Shown piece by piece: positions 16,718 through 26,433 of a stretch of 64,000 nt of DNA; the first letter of the stretch is position 1; each line of letters begins with the position of its first letter. The notes below the pieces were generated by a model. The model was not told the origin of the DNA and ran no database searches. It worked only from the letters and a program-made list of their open reading frames with translations. The position numbers were made by a program, and so were the translations under genes. Origin of the DNA: Vulcanimicrobiota bacterium (lineage in GTDB: Bacteria > Vulcanimicrobiota > Vulcanimicrobiia > Eremiobacterales > Eremiobacteraceae); the NCBI GenBank assembly GCA_963812135.1, contig CAWETU010000001.1, positions 448,001-512,000 on the forward strand, read 5' to 3'.

Positions 16718-18234
16718 TATTTGCGCCGTGTCTTCTGCACGGGCGGTCGCGCCACCGCTGCGCCGAGCAACGCGAGCAGCGCAAGCGCTTCGAGCCAGCC
16801 CGCGCCGTAGCGCACGTACGGCGTGTCGACCGGCGGGCCGATGTTGGCGATCAGCACCCCGGCGGCGTCCAGCGGCAGCTGCGCCACGACCTGGCCTTTC
16901 GGATTGATGAACTGCGAGATGCCCGTGTCGGCACCGCGCACCACCCAGCGCCCCGTCTGCACCGCGTCGATGGCGGCGAGATCGGCGTGCATCAGCGGAC
17001 CTGAGGTCGGCCCGAACCACGCGTCATCGGTGATGATCAATAGCGCTGTCGCGCCGAGCACCGCGTTCTGGCGCGCGTATGAGGAGTAGGCGGATTCGAA
17101 GCAGATCAGCGCGCCGAAGCGCGTGCTGCCGATATCCAGCACTGTCGCGCCCGGGCCGTGGCTGAACGTCGATGCCTGATCGAAGCCCGGGAAACGGCGG
17201 AAGATGAAATCGAGCGGCAAGTATTCCGCGAACGGCACGAGGATGTGCTTCTGATATACGCCGCGCACGTGCCCATCGGGGTCCAGCGTCATGATGACGT
17301 TGTAGGTGAAGCCGGGCTGCGGCGAATCGACCGTGCCCGCGAGCAGCCACACGTGTTGCTGACGCACGAGATACTGCAGCGATGCGAGGATCTCGGATTT
17401 CTCGAGCGGGTAGTCGGTGATCGCGGTCTCCGGCCACACCACGATGTGCGCGCCTTCTGCCGCAGCGCGCCGGGTCAATGTCGAATACACGTCGATCGTG
17501 TGCGCGAAGACGGCGGGCGACCACTTGACGCGCTGCGAGATATCGCCTTGCACGACGGCGACTTTCGTGCGTGCGGGCGCCGGTTTGACGGCTTCGCGTG
17601 CCGCATCGCCGATGGCGATGAGGACGACGAGGCACCCGAGCGTCGTCACCGCGGCGATGCGCGTGCCCCGGTCGCCGAAGATCAAGCCGGCGAACGCGCC
17701 GTTGGCGAGCGCCACGATCGCGGTGAGGCCGTAGATGCCGGCGTAGGCGGCCATCGGCAGCAGCCACGCGGCGTGCGGCGCGATCGCGCCGAGCTGCGCG
17801 AACGGCATGCTCGCGGAACCGTTGGTGCGCACCGACTCCATGACCAGCCATGCCGCCGGCGCGGCGAAGATCATCGGCGTGCCGAAGCGTCCGCGCGCGA
17901 CGAGCGAGATCGCGATCGCGCCGACCGCCACGAAGAGACTTTCGATGACCGACAGCAGCCCGATCGCGACGAAACGCGCGGCGCCGATCTCGTCGCCGAG
18001 CGAATAGATCATCCATTGATCGACGACGCAGAAATACAGCGTGCAGGATAGCACGCACCAGCCAAGCGCCGCTTTCCAGGACGACACGGACCACAGCCAG
18101 AACAGGGGCGCCAGTGCGATGAACGCCAGCGGCGTGAGATCGGTTTTCGGAAACGCCAAGGCCGCCAGCAACGGACAGACGATCGCCAGAAGCAGACGCA
18201 GGAAGAATGAATTTCGACCAAACACGCCGCTCAT
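16717..18234 (-). CDS. lnt: Apolipoprotein N-acyltransferase
   Basis: QGDISQ..KW, VVWPET, YQKHILVPFAEYLP, LICFES, TDDAWFG, TGIS motifs (E-K-C triad). Confidence 0.95.
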   Translation of the reverse strand: MSGVFGRNSFFLRLLLAIVCPLLAALAFPKTDLTPLAFIALAPLFWLWSVSSWKAALGWCVLSCTLYFCVVDQWMIYSLGDEIGAARFVAIGLLSVIESLFVAVGAIAISLVARGRFGTPMIFAAPAAWLVMESVRTNGSASMPFAQLGAIAPHAAWLLPMAAYAGIYGLTAIVALANGAFAGLIFGDRGTRIAAVTTLGCLVVLIAIGDAAREAVKPAPARTKVAVVQGDISQRVKWSPAVFAHTIDVYSTLTRRAAAEGAHIVVWPETAITDYPLEKSEILASLQYLVRQQHVWLLAGTVDSPQPGFTYNVIMTLDPDGHVRGVYQKHILVPFAEYLPLDFIFRRFPGFDQASTFSHGPGATVLDIGSTRFGALICFESAYSSYARQNAVLGATALLIITDDAWFGPTSGPLMHADLAAIDAVQTGRWVVRGADTGISQFINPKGQVVAQLPLDAAGVLIANIGPPVDTPYVRYGAGWLEALALLALLGAAVARPPVQKTRRK

Positions 18235-18983
18235 CGTTCGCGCCTTGGCGCGTCGCGTCCGCCCTGATCGCTGCGGCGTTGGTCGCATCGTGCGGCCGCG
18301 GTCCGCTGGTTCCGCCGCCGATCAGCACCGCGGGGCCGACGATCCAATTCCAGCTCATCGTGGCAGGCCAGATCACGCAGGCGCAAGGCGACTATATCAT
18401 CGCGGTCAACGCGGTGACCGCGCAAGGCACCAGCGTCAATCCTGGTGAGCCGGCGGGCATGCCCACCGTCGCGGAGGCGCAAGCGGGCTCGTTCACCCAT
18501 TGGGATCAAGAGTTCGTCTACGGCTTCGACACGGTCGCCGCGCCGAACGGTTTCAACTATGCGTACAAGGCCCTGGGCACGGGCGGTCAGGTCAGCTTCA
18601 TCCCGATCATCTTGACGACCAACCAGTTCATCTTCAATCCGACGCTGACGACCGGGACCGGTTCGATGAACACGCTGTCCATCACGTTGCCGATCGCGGC
18701 GCTCTCGATCCGCAGCAACCCGAACGGCACGAATCCTCCGACCGTGAACACGCCGCCGGCGGTCTTGCTCCATGTCAATTACATCACGACCGACAATAGC
18801 ATCGGTCACACGCCGCAAGATCAATTGGGCTGCTGCAGTCTGCTGACCAGCGGCTACGATCTGGTCATCGACCTGACCACCGCTGCGACCTATTTCAATC
18901 AGCTGACGTCGCCGCCGACCAAAATGGGACCGGCGAACCCCAACCTGTTCATCACCGGCGGACAGATCATCGTCTCGCCCTAG
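18207..18983 (+). CDS. Hypothetical lipoprotein (beta-rich, Thr/Pro-rich)
   Basis: Lipobox LVASC; coding-like codon usage; lies antisense within the Lpt/Lnt cluster. Confidence 0.65.
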   Translation: MNFDQTRRSSFAPWRVASALIAAALVASCGRGPLVPPPISTAGPTIQFQLIVAGQITQAQGDYIIAVNAVTAQGTSVNPGEPAGMPTVAEAQAGSFTHWDQEFVYGFDTVAAPNGFNYAYKALGTGGQVSFIPIILTTNQFIFNPTLTTGTGSMNTLSITLPIAALSIRSNPNGTNPPTVNTPPAVLLHVNYITTDNSIGHTPQDQLGCCSLLTSGYDLVIDLTTAATYFNQLTSPPTKMGPANPNLFITGGQIIVSP

Positions 18984-21424
18984 GGGCTGCTGCCGAAGCT
19001 CTGCGGCAGCAGCGATCCACCGGTCAAGCCGAAGTTCACGGTCTGCGACGGGAATGCGAGCAGGCTGAACGACACGTCGAGCTCGTGGAGCGCCTGGCGG
19101 TAGGCCAACCGGATCTGATAGCAATCGTTCACGGTGTGCGTCAGGAAATAGTTCTGGCCTTGCAGCCCGTGCAGCTTGAAATCGTAGTTGCCGAGGAACT
19201 GCAGGTAATCGTTGCGCCCGAGCGGCGTCGAGAGCGTGATGCTGACGGGCCCGTAGCCGGTGCCGTGCGGATCGTATGAGTCGCCGAGCAGCACGTTCGA
19301 AAAGGGCGTGGGGTTCACGGTGAGCTGGTAGTTGATCGAGCCGAGGAATTTGTTCTTGAAGTCGTAGTTCGTCGTCGCGGTGAAGCGGTACGCGCTGCCG
19401 TTGTAGACGTTGAGCGTCTCGTTGATCTGATCGTAGCCGGTGAGCAGATCGTACGCGGGCAACGGCGTGAAACCGCGCACGCTTTGCATCTGATAGGCGA
19501 GGGTGTCGTCGGCATGCCGGCCGAAGAACTTCTGCAGCGAGAACTGCTCCGTGATCGCGCCGCGCTCGTCACCCGTGCCGTAGATGTCTTGGCGGATGCC
19601 CACCAAACCGGTCGCCGTGGCGCTATCGCCGATGCGATAGAGCGCACTGCCCGCCTGCGCGTTGAGCTCGTAGCGCGCGGTCGTGATGTTGTCGTAGCCG
19701 TCGTCGTAGACGCCGTCCACCAGCGTCAACTGCAGCGGCAGCCTGATGTTGCTGATCGTCAGCGGCCGGCTGCGGACCGTCAGCTCAGGCACTTTTTGAA
19801 GACCGATGACGGGCTGCGTCGTCTCGACGCCGTTGAACGTGTCGCTCGTCTGACCGTGGTTCGTCAGGACGAGCAGATCGGCGTCGAACGAGCGCGCCGA
19901 ATAGCGGGTGTCGTTGGAGAACACGACCGATCGCGAGAACGAGGTCGACTCCGACGAGGTGCCCGACCCGAAGACCGAGTTGTTGTATTGAAGCTGCAGC
20001 GAGACGTTCTCTGAGAACACCGGGGAGAACGAGATGCTGTGGTTGATGATGCCGCCGAACGAGCTGCTCGGGCCGGTGGTCGTCGCGGTTCCGCCGTAAC
20101 TGGTCGTGCTCCGCGCGCCGTTGTGCACGACGTTGACGTTGGCGGAAAGCGTCGGCGGAATCGACGTGAGCAGCGACTGGCTGACGTAGTTCGCGTTGGC
20201 CGACAACGTCACGCGATGCGAGAACACCCGCGAGTACGTCAAGCTTGAGTTGAGAGAGTTCTTCACGCCGGTGATCGCCAGCTGGTATTGGTTGCTGTGC
20301 AGATCGTAGATCGTGAACTCGCCTTGGCCCAGGCCGTCGCGGCGCGCGAAGAACAGGTCGGCGCCCAAGCCGATGCCGGCTTTCTGGAAATAGTCGACGT
20401 GATACGTGCCGTAGAAGTACGGGCTGGAATAGAAATTGATGTAGTTCTTGATGAAGAATCCGTAGATCGAGTTATAGCCGATGCGCGGTGCGATCGCAGT
20501 CGGCCGCCGCTGCCCTTCCTGGGTGAGCGGGATTACCAAGATGCCCAACCCCGCGACGAGATACTTGCCCAGATACAGCGCCGGGCTGTGCACGATCATC
20601 CGATCATTCGGACGCAGCTCGATCTCCTTGCCCGTGACGTGATACGCGACGTGGCGCAGATCGCAGGTCGTCACCCAGCCGCGTTCGAGCACCGCATGGC
20701 CGTTGTGGTCGATCGTGATGCGCTGGCCTTTGTAGTACACGAAGCCGTGGATATGCTCTGACTGAAAAGCCACTGCTGAGGATTGGCCTTCGACGTCGTC
20801 CATGATGACGCGATCGTGGGTGACATCGTAGTCGAGCGTCTTCGCGGTAGCGGTGTCGCCGTTCGCTGCGACGTAATGCACGTCGCCGATGGCGCGCACG
20901 GTCCGGGTGGCGGCGTCGTAATGCGCGCGGTCGGCGGTGATGGTCGAATCGCCCGACACGATGAGCACGTGGCCGTCGGCGTCCATGTCGCCGTTCGCGT
21001 TGCCGTACAGCCGGTCGGCGGTCAGCCGGCCAAAACCCGGCGGCGGTGGCGGCGGCGGGGCGGTCTGTTCGGCGCCTGGCGAACCTGATGGACCAGGTGT
21101 CGGCGCCACCGCCGGGTGCACGAGGGTTGGATACGAATCCGGATCGGGAGGTCCGACCGGATTGGCGGCCGGCGTTTGCGGAATCGCGGTCGGCGGCATC
21201 GGCGGCATCGGCGTGATTGTCGGCGACCCGGATGGTGCGGGGGACTCAGCCGGCGACGGCGATGTCAGCGCGGGGGTCGGCGTCGGCGTGGGAAGCGCGG
21301 GACCTGGCGATGCCGGCGAGCCGCTGATGTCAGCGCTCGCGTTCAGTCCGCCGCCTGCCACAACGAAGACCGCCGCGAGGACTGCGGCGGCGGCTCCGAA
21401 TTGACGCATGCGTTTTTGGCGCAC
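18980..21424 (-). CDS. LptD-like LPS-assembly outer-membrane protein
   Basis: Signal peptide, Pro-rich stalk, OstA-like N-domain (ITADRAHYD, TTCD...YH), P.IGYNS..GFF, long amphipathic beta-barrel C-terminus. Confidence 0.75.
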   Translation of the reverse strand: MRQKRMRQFGAAAAVLAAVFVVAGGGLNASADISGSPASPGPALPTPTPTPALTSPSPAESPAPSGSPTITPMPPMPPTAIPQTPAANPVGPPDPDSYPTLVHPAVAPTPGPSGSPGAEQTAPPPPPPPGFGRLTADRLYGNANGDMDADGHVLIVSGDSTITADRAHYDAATRTVRAIGDVHYVAANGDTATAKTLDYDVTHDRVIMDDVEGQSSAVAFQSEHIHGFVYYKGQRITIDHNGHAVLERGWVTTCDLRHVAYHVTGKEIELRPNDRMIVHSPALYLGKYLVAGLGILVIPLTQEGQRRPTAIAPRIGYNSIYGFFIKNYINFYSSPYFYGTYHVDYFQKAGIGLGADLFFARRDGLGQGEFTIYDLHSNQYQLAITGVKNSLNSSLTYSRVFSHRVTLSANANYVSQSLLTSIPPTLSANVNVVHNGARSTTSYGGTATTTGPSSSFGGIINHSISFSPVFSENVSLQLQYNNSVFGSGTSSESTSFSRSVVFSNDTRYSARSFDADLLVLTNHGQTSDTFNGVETTQPVIGLQKVPELTVRSRPLTISNIRLPLQLTLVDGVYDDGYDNITTARYELNAQAGSALYRIGDSATATGLVGIRQDIYGTGDERGAITEQFSLQKFFGRHADDTLAYQMQSVRGFTPLPAYDLLTGYDQINETLNVYNGSAYRFTATTNYDFKNKFLGSINYQLTVNPTPFSNVLLGDSYDPHGTGYGPVSITLSTPLGRNDYLQFLGNYDFKLHGLQGQNYFLTHTVNDCYQIRLAYRQALHELDVSFSLLAFPSQTVNFGLTGGSLLPQSFGSSP

Positions 21425-21433
21425 GGTCTTTAG

Positions 21434-22666
21434 TCAGCGCTCTTCTAAGAACAACAAGACCAGACCGGCTGATCCCATGATGATATTGGGCGCCCACGCT
21501 GCCAATATCGGCGGCATGGCGCCGCTCTTGCCGAGCGCATTGGTGGCAGCCATGATGAGATAGTACCCAAGCAGGATGACGATCGCGAAGATCGCGGCCA
21601 CGCCCCGGCCGCGCTTGCCGAAGCGGATGCCCATCGGCAGGGCGATGAGCACGCCGATCAAGCAAGCGGCCGGCATCGCGTACTTCTGTTGCAGCGACAT
21701 CTCGAGCTGGGTCACGTCCTGGCCGCCGGTCTTCAGGTTTTGGATCTGCAGGCGCAGCTCTCGAGAATTGGTCTCGAACGCGCTCTGCGGCGAATACAGC
21801 AAGCTCGTGTCGCCCAGCGGGAACTCGAGCTTGTCGAAATGCTTGACCTGCGTGACGGTGCCTTGGAATCCGGTCGTCGTCACGACGCCGTCCGTGAGCA
21901 CGAGCTTGCCGCCCAGCTGCTGCCCGGTCTTCGCGGTCAGCGTCTCGGGCCAGTAGCCGGAGCCGATGTTGAACACTTGCACGTTGTGCATGACGCCCGT
22001 ACCGGAGTCAACCGACTGGATGTAGATGACGTGCTGGCCGTCGGTCGTGCGGAAGAACTGATACGGTTGGATGATCGCCTGCGTCGAGTGGAAGGCGATT
22101 TGGCGGAAGAGCTCGACCGATTTGGCTTGTGAGCGCGGCGCGATCTCTTCGTTGATGCCGAACGCGATGAGCGTCATGATCACGCCGAGCACGTAGCACG
22201 GCATTGCGATGCGCTGCAGGCTGATGCCGCTGGTGCGCATCGCGGCGATCTCGTTATCGGCGGCAAGCCGGCCGATGCCGAGCAAGATGCCGAACAGGCA
22301 CGAGAACGGCAGGATCAAGTACATGAGCGCCGGCAGCTGCAACGCAAGGTATTTGGCGATGAGGAACGCCGGCACGCCCTTGTTGATCACGTACTCGGCC
22401 GCGAGGAAGAGCGAATTGATCAACATGAACAGCGTGAACGCGGCGATCGCGAATCCAAAAGGCGCGAGCAGTTCGCGCGCCATGTAGCCATCGAGGATGG
22501 ACAGTCTCAGGTAACTGCGCCACGACTTGCGCCCGGTCGGAGGCGGCTCGCCATGGCCTGCCGACAGCCAGTCGAGCCGATGCCCGGACGCAGACGGCAC
22601 AGGCGCCGTCGACGGCGGGCCGAGAGTGGTGGAACGGGAGATCGGCTGTTCGAACGCGCCGAACAT
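21434..22666 (-). CDS. LptF/LptG family permease
   Basis: ILD.Y..REL..PF, LP....G.L...GRL..DNEI.AMR.SGISL, K.A.P.AC, LAAW.PNI motifs. Confidence 0.92.
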   Translation of the reverse strand: MFGAFEQPISRSTTLGPPSTAPVPSASGHRLDWLSAGHGEPPPTGRKSWRSYLRLSILDGYMARELLAPFGFAIAAFTLFMLINSLFLAAEYVINKGVPAFLIAKYLALQLPALMYLILPFSCLFGILLGIGRLAADNEIAAMRTSGISLQRIAMPCYVLGVIMTLIAFGINEEIAPRSQAKSVELFRQIAFHSTQAIIQPYQFFRTTDGQHVIYIQSVDSGTGVMHNVQVFNIGSGYWPETLTAKTGQQLGGKLVLTDGVVTTTGFQGTVTQVKHFDKLEFPLGDTSLLYSPQSAFETNSRELRLQIQNLKTGGQDVTQLEMSLQQKYAMPAACLIGVLIALPMGIRFGKRGRGVAAIFAIVILLGYYLIMAATNALGKSGAMPPILAAWAPNIIMGSAGLVLLFLEER

Positions 22667-22679
22667 CAGGCGCTGCTAC

Positions 22680-23189
22680 CTATTTGTGCGTGTCCGGCGC
22701 GTGATACACCGACAGCACGCTGTTCACGTAGGCGCCGGTTTCGGCGTACGGGGGGATGCCCTTATAATGCGCGACCGCGCCCGAGCCGGCGTTGTATGCG
22801 GCGAGCGCCAAGGGAACGTTGCCGCGGTACTCGCGCAATAGGTCGCTCAAGTGCTTCGCGCCGCCGGCGACGTTCTGCTCGGGATCCCATGGATTCGAAA
22901 CGCCGAGCGCGCGCGCCGTGCCGGGCATGAGCTGCATGAGGCCCATCGCACCCGCGGTCGAGATGGCGGACGGATCCCCGCCCGACTCGATGCGGATGAC
23001 CGCCTTCACGAGGTTAGGATCGACGTGATTCGCCTTGGATTGCACGCTGACGATGGAGTTGAGGCGCTGGGCAGCCATGCTGTGCGGCCCCTCGCCCATC
23101 GGGAACAGCCCGCCGCCGCTGCAGCCCGCGAGGACTGCGGCTGCGATGACCGGTGCCGTGCGCCAAAATGCGCGCGTGGCGTCCACCAA
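22680..23189 (-). CDS. Lytic transglycosylase (SLT domain), probable lipoprotein
   Basis: AVIRIESGG, GAMGLMQLMP, ALAAYNAG, PPYAET..YV; lipobox LAGC; GAGGAG RBS before TTG/GTG. Confidence 0.9.
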   Translation of the reverse strand: MVDATRAFWRTAPVIAAAVLAGCSGGGLFPMGEGPHSMAAQRLNSIVSVQSKANHVDPNLVKAVIRIESGGDPSAISTAGAMGLMQLMPGTARALGVSNPWDPEQNVAGGAKHLSDLLREYRGNVPLALAAYNAGSGAVAHYKGIPPYAETGAYVNSVLSVYHAPDTHK

Positions 23190-23328
23190 CGTCCCAATCT
23201 CCTCTGATGATCGTCGAGGGGACGGTTTCAACGTCCCGCGGGACTCTACATCTAATACGTATCGGCCGACGGGCGCGGCTTAACGAACCTCTCATAGAGA
23301 TCGTACGGGATGACCGACGGGGACGGTC

Positions 23329-23628
23329 TTACGTGCGGGTGCGCCGGCCAGCGACCGTCTTGTAACAGTCTTGGCAGTAGACCGGCTTATCGGCCCGCGG
23401 CGAAAACGGGACTTGCGTCGCCACTCCGCACTGAGAACAGATCGCGTCGTACATCGTGCGTTCGCCGCTCGCCGAGGAGCGATCGCGCTTGCGCGCCTGC
23501 CTGCAGTTCGGGCAACGGGCTGGTTCGTGCTCGAAGCCTTTTTGTGCGTAGAATTCTTGCTCGCCCACCGTGAAGATGAATTCGGAACCACAGTCGCGGC
23601 AGGTCAGCGTGCGGTCTTGCAATGCCAC
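23329..23628 (-). CDS. Zinc-ribbon / CxxC-x17-CxxC domain protein
   Basis: C.DCG..F.FT.GEQEFY..KGF..EP.RC..CR and C..CG....VPF.P..DKPVYC.DC. Confidence 0.9.
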   Translation of the reverse strand: MALQDRTLTCRDCGSEFIFTVGEQEFYAQKGFEHEPARCPNCRQARKRDRSSASGERTMYDAICSQCGVATQVPFSPRADKPVYCQDCYKTVAGRRTRT

Positions 23629-23779
23629 TTATCTGCTCTCAGTTCCACCATCTGGAAACGTCAAAAACGCTCGTGGCCATGGTGAGTGGCCGCGAATCGT
23701 GAAAAAACTCTAACACACCATGCGCCCGAAAAGCAACCTGCAGGCCATGGGGCAAGGCCGCGCGTACCATCATAGCGCT

Positions 23780-25480
23780 ATGCGTCTGCTCAAAACGCTG
23801 CTGCTCGTCAGCACCTATGTCATAGCGGGCCTCTTGTGCCCGCGCGCGGCCCTCGCCGCCTCGCCCACTGTCGGCCAGATCGCTCCCGACTTTTCGCTGC
23901 AAACCACCGCCGGGAAGACCCTCAAGCTCTCGGATCTGCGCGGGAAAGTCGTCGTTGTCAATTTCTTCGCAACCTGGTGCCCGCCGTGCCGCGCGGAGAC
24001 GCCTGACTTGGTCAGCGCGTCCTCTGCGTTCACACCGCGCAACGTCGTCTTTCTCGGCGTCGACGGCAAAGAGGCGTCGCCGCTCGTGCAAGAGTTCGCA
24101 GCGGCGAAGGGCATCGCATTCCCGATAGTCCTGGACCTGGACGGTAAGGTCAACCAACTGTACGACGTCCGCGCGATCCCTACGACGTTCGTGGTGGGAC
24201 GCGACGGCCGGATCGTCTATCGACAAGTCGACCAGCTTTCGAACGCGGTTCTCGCGAGCGCGCTCAACGACGTGCTCGCTGGCCGCACTCCGAACGAGTC
24301 TCCGTTGGGCCGTCAATTTGCGACGGTCGCCGCCGTGGCGACACAAAACGTGAACGCGCTCGTCGCGCAAGCGAATTCGGCGCAGGCCGCGCATGACAAG
24401 GCGGTCGCGCTCGCGGCAGCGAGCCATGCGATCGACGCCGGCGTGGCTGCGAACAAGAAACTCGACGATCTGCAGAGCTTGGACGATCAGTCTTCCATCA
24501 ACTATTACACGAGCACGCAACAGCGCGACACGCTCGGCGTCGCGCTCGCGAGCGCGTACATGTTGCGGTCGCAGATCAGGCTCGCGGGTTCGAAACAGCC
24601 GCCCGCCGGCGCGGCTCGAAGCGACATCGAACAAGCGGATCTGCTGCTCGGACAGCAAGCCGAAGACCAAGAGCGCTTCGCGCAGGCCGAGAACTATTAC
24701 AAGCAGGCAGCGGTTCTCGAGCCCAAAGACACAAAGTCGCTCGACGGCATCTATTTGGCGGCCTACGAGCTGCGCGACTACGCGACGTCAGCGGATGCCG
24801 CGCAGACCGAAGCGCGCATCGCGCCGACCGACCCGGAATCATGGCTCACACTCGCTTCGGCGTACAATTCGCTCAAGCGGTATGACGACGCGATCAACGC
24901 TGAAATGACTGCGTTGGCGTTGGCTGGAGTGGACTACGCGAATCACCCTCGCAAGAAGCACGCTGCGTACGAAGTCGGGCGCGTCTTTTTGAAGATGGGC
25001 CGCACCTCGATCCTTGCGGGCAAGAATGACATTGCCGGACTGTACCTGGCGACGTCATCCACCATGGCGCCCGGCACGATCGTCGCGCAACAGGCGGATG
25101 AACAGTTCGCGGCGCTTTCGCCGCAACCGGTCTACGTGGCGGTGTCGGGTTCGGACAACGTCGCGACGAACGGCTCGCAACCCGCGAAGCTGTACGTGAC
25201 CGTGCGCAATGATGCCTCGACGACGCGCATGGTCCACCTGGCTGCGATGAACGTGCCCAAGAAGTGGGTGCTGTCGTTCTGCTATGACAAGGTCTGCGAT
25301 CCGTACAAGAGCGATGTGTCGCTCGCCCCGAATTCCACGCGCCGCGTGGAGCTGCAAGTCGTGCCGCTCTCGCCCGTCAAAGGCAAGTGGAATATGACGT
25401 TGCATCCGGGCGGCGTCGATCAGATGGACGTCAACGTCGACGGCACCGCAAAGGCGAGCATCACCGTCCTCGCGTCGTAA
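23780..25480 (+). CDS. Secreted TlpA/redoxin - TPR - C-terminal beta-domain protein
   Basis: Signal peptide; APDFSL, NFFATWCPPCRAE, IPTTFVV; helical TPR-like middle; C-terminal W.LSFCYDKVC. Confidence 0.8.
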   Translation: MRLLKTLLLVSTYVIAGLLCPRAALAASPTVGQIAPDFSLQTTAGKTLKLSDLRGKVVVVNFFATWCPPCRAETPDLVSASSAFTPRNVVFLGVDGKEASPLVQEFAAAKGIAFPIVLDLDGKVNQLYDVRAIPTTFVVGRDGRIVYRQVDQLSNAVLASALNDVLAGRTPNESPLGRQFATVAAVATQNVNALVAQANSAQAAHDKAVALAAASHAIDAGVAANKKLDDLQSLDDQSSINYYTSTQQRDTLGVALASAYMLRSQIRLAGSKQPPAGAARSDIEQADLLLGQQAEDQERFAQAENYYKQAAVLEPKDTKSLDGIYLAAYELRDYATSADAAQTEARIAPTDPESWLTLASAYNSLKRYDDAINAEMTALALAGVDYANHPRKKHAAYEVGRVFLKMGRTSILAGKNDIAGLYLATSSTMAPGTIVAQQADEQFAALSPQPVYVAVSGSDNVATNGSQPAKLYVTVRNDASTTRMVHLAAMNVPKKWVLSFCYDKVCDPYKSDVSLAPNSTRRVELQVVPLSPVKGKWNMTLHPGGVDQMDVNVDGTAKASITVLAS

Positions 25481-25483
25481 TCG

Positions 25484-26326
25484 ATGAAGCTCGGCTCGAT
25501 CTTCGATCGAGCCGTTAGTCTTTGCGCCAAGAACATCGGGCCGATTGCGACATGTATGGCGCCGGCCGCGGTAACTCAACTCGCCGCCTTCCTCGGACCG
25601 TGGTTTCCCGAGCCCCCGGAAAGCGTCGCCGCAAGCGATTTCGCTCCATCCGCAATACTATTCGTCGGGGTATCCGCTACTCTCGGCTTCATCCAATGGT
25701 TTTGTGCTGCATCGCTTATGTGCGGGGTTTCGGCGATGTCGCTCGGCCAGCCAACGCAACCGATATCGTGGCTGAGCACAGGATTAAAACGATGGGCAGC
25801 TCTGGCAACTACATTTCTCATACCGGTCGCTGCTGCCGCGGTGCTTTGGGTGCCGCTGGCATTTACGATGGTAAGACTCAACCAAATCATCAGCGGCATC
25901 CGCTTCATCACTCCGCTATCGCTGGATTTTCAACTCGAGGCGATGCGGTACGAAATGCTTGGAGCTCTCCTGATCTTTGCGGTTGGGATTCCATTTGCGT
26001 GGATCACAACCGCCGAGGTGATACTCGGTCAATCGCGCCTGCTACCCGCGGCGATGACGGTGCTGCGCGCCTGTTTTTCGAGAGCTGGTGCCGCCCGTTT
26101 CCTTGGGCTTTCCGCTTCGATCTACGCTCTTTGGGGAGTCTTTCTTGGAATTGCTGCACTGGCGGAAACGATTGATCGGTTCTTCCCAAACCCTCGCATA
26201 GTCGCAAACACAATCGAGGTTGTTGCCGGCGTGGCGGTGGGCGCCTTTATCGCAGTTGTTGTCGCGCTGGCGAGGTCGGAAGGGTATTTGCCAATCGCGC
26301 GCCGGCCCGAGGCCACAGAAGCGTAG
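25484..26326 (+). CDS. Hypothetical membrane protein
   Basis: About 6 hydrophobic segments; N-terminal LG.IFDRA..L pattern; weaker GC3 bias than neighbours. Confidence 0.6.
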   Translation: MKLGSIFDRAVSLCAKNIGPIATCMAPAAVTQLAAFLGPWFPEPPESVAASDFAPSAILFVGVSATLGFIQWFCAASLMCGVSAMSLGQPTQPISWLSTGLKRWAALATTFLIPVAAAAVLWVPLAFTMVRLNQIISGIRFITPLSLDFQLEAMRYEMLGALLIFAVGIPFAWITTAEVILGQSRLLPAAMTVLRACFSRAGAARFLGLSASIYALWGVFLGIAALAETIDRFFPNPRIVANTIEVVAGVAVGAFIAVVVALARSEGYLPIARRPEATEA

Positions 26327-26359
26327 GCTAACGCCAAAAAGCCTCACGAACATGTGTGT

Positions 26360-26420
26360 CCCACTTTACAAACAGCCGATAAGTGGGGTATAGTGGGGCA
26401 AAGTGGTTCACCGTGGGGAT
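26360..26420 (+). promoter_or_regulatory. dcw promoter with MraZ-binding direct repeats
   Basis: TTTACA (26365)-18 nt-TATAGT (26389); GTGG(G/T) boxes at 26383, 26393, 26403, 26413 with a 10-bp period. Confidence 0.85.
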
Positions 26421-26433
26421 TGGAACCTCTGTT

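Noticed and set aside
26383..26420. Short periodic repeats as a CRISPR or iteron array
   Set aside because: The unit is only 10 bp and is explained by MraZ boxes; no cas or rep genes.
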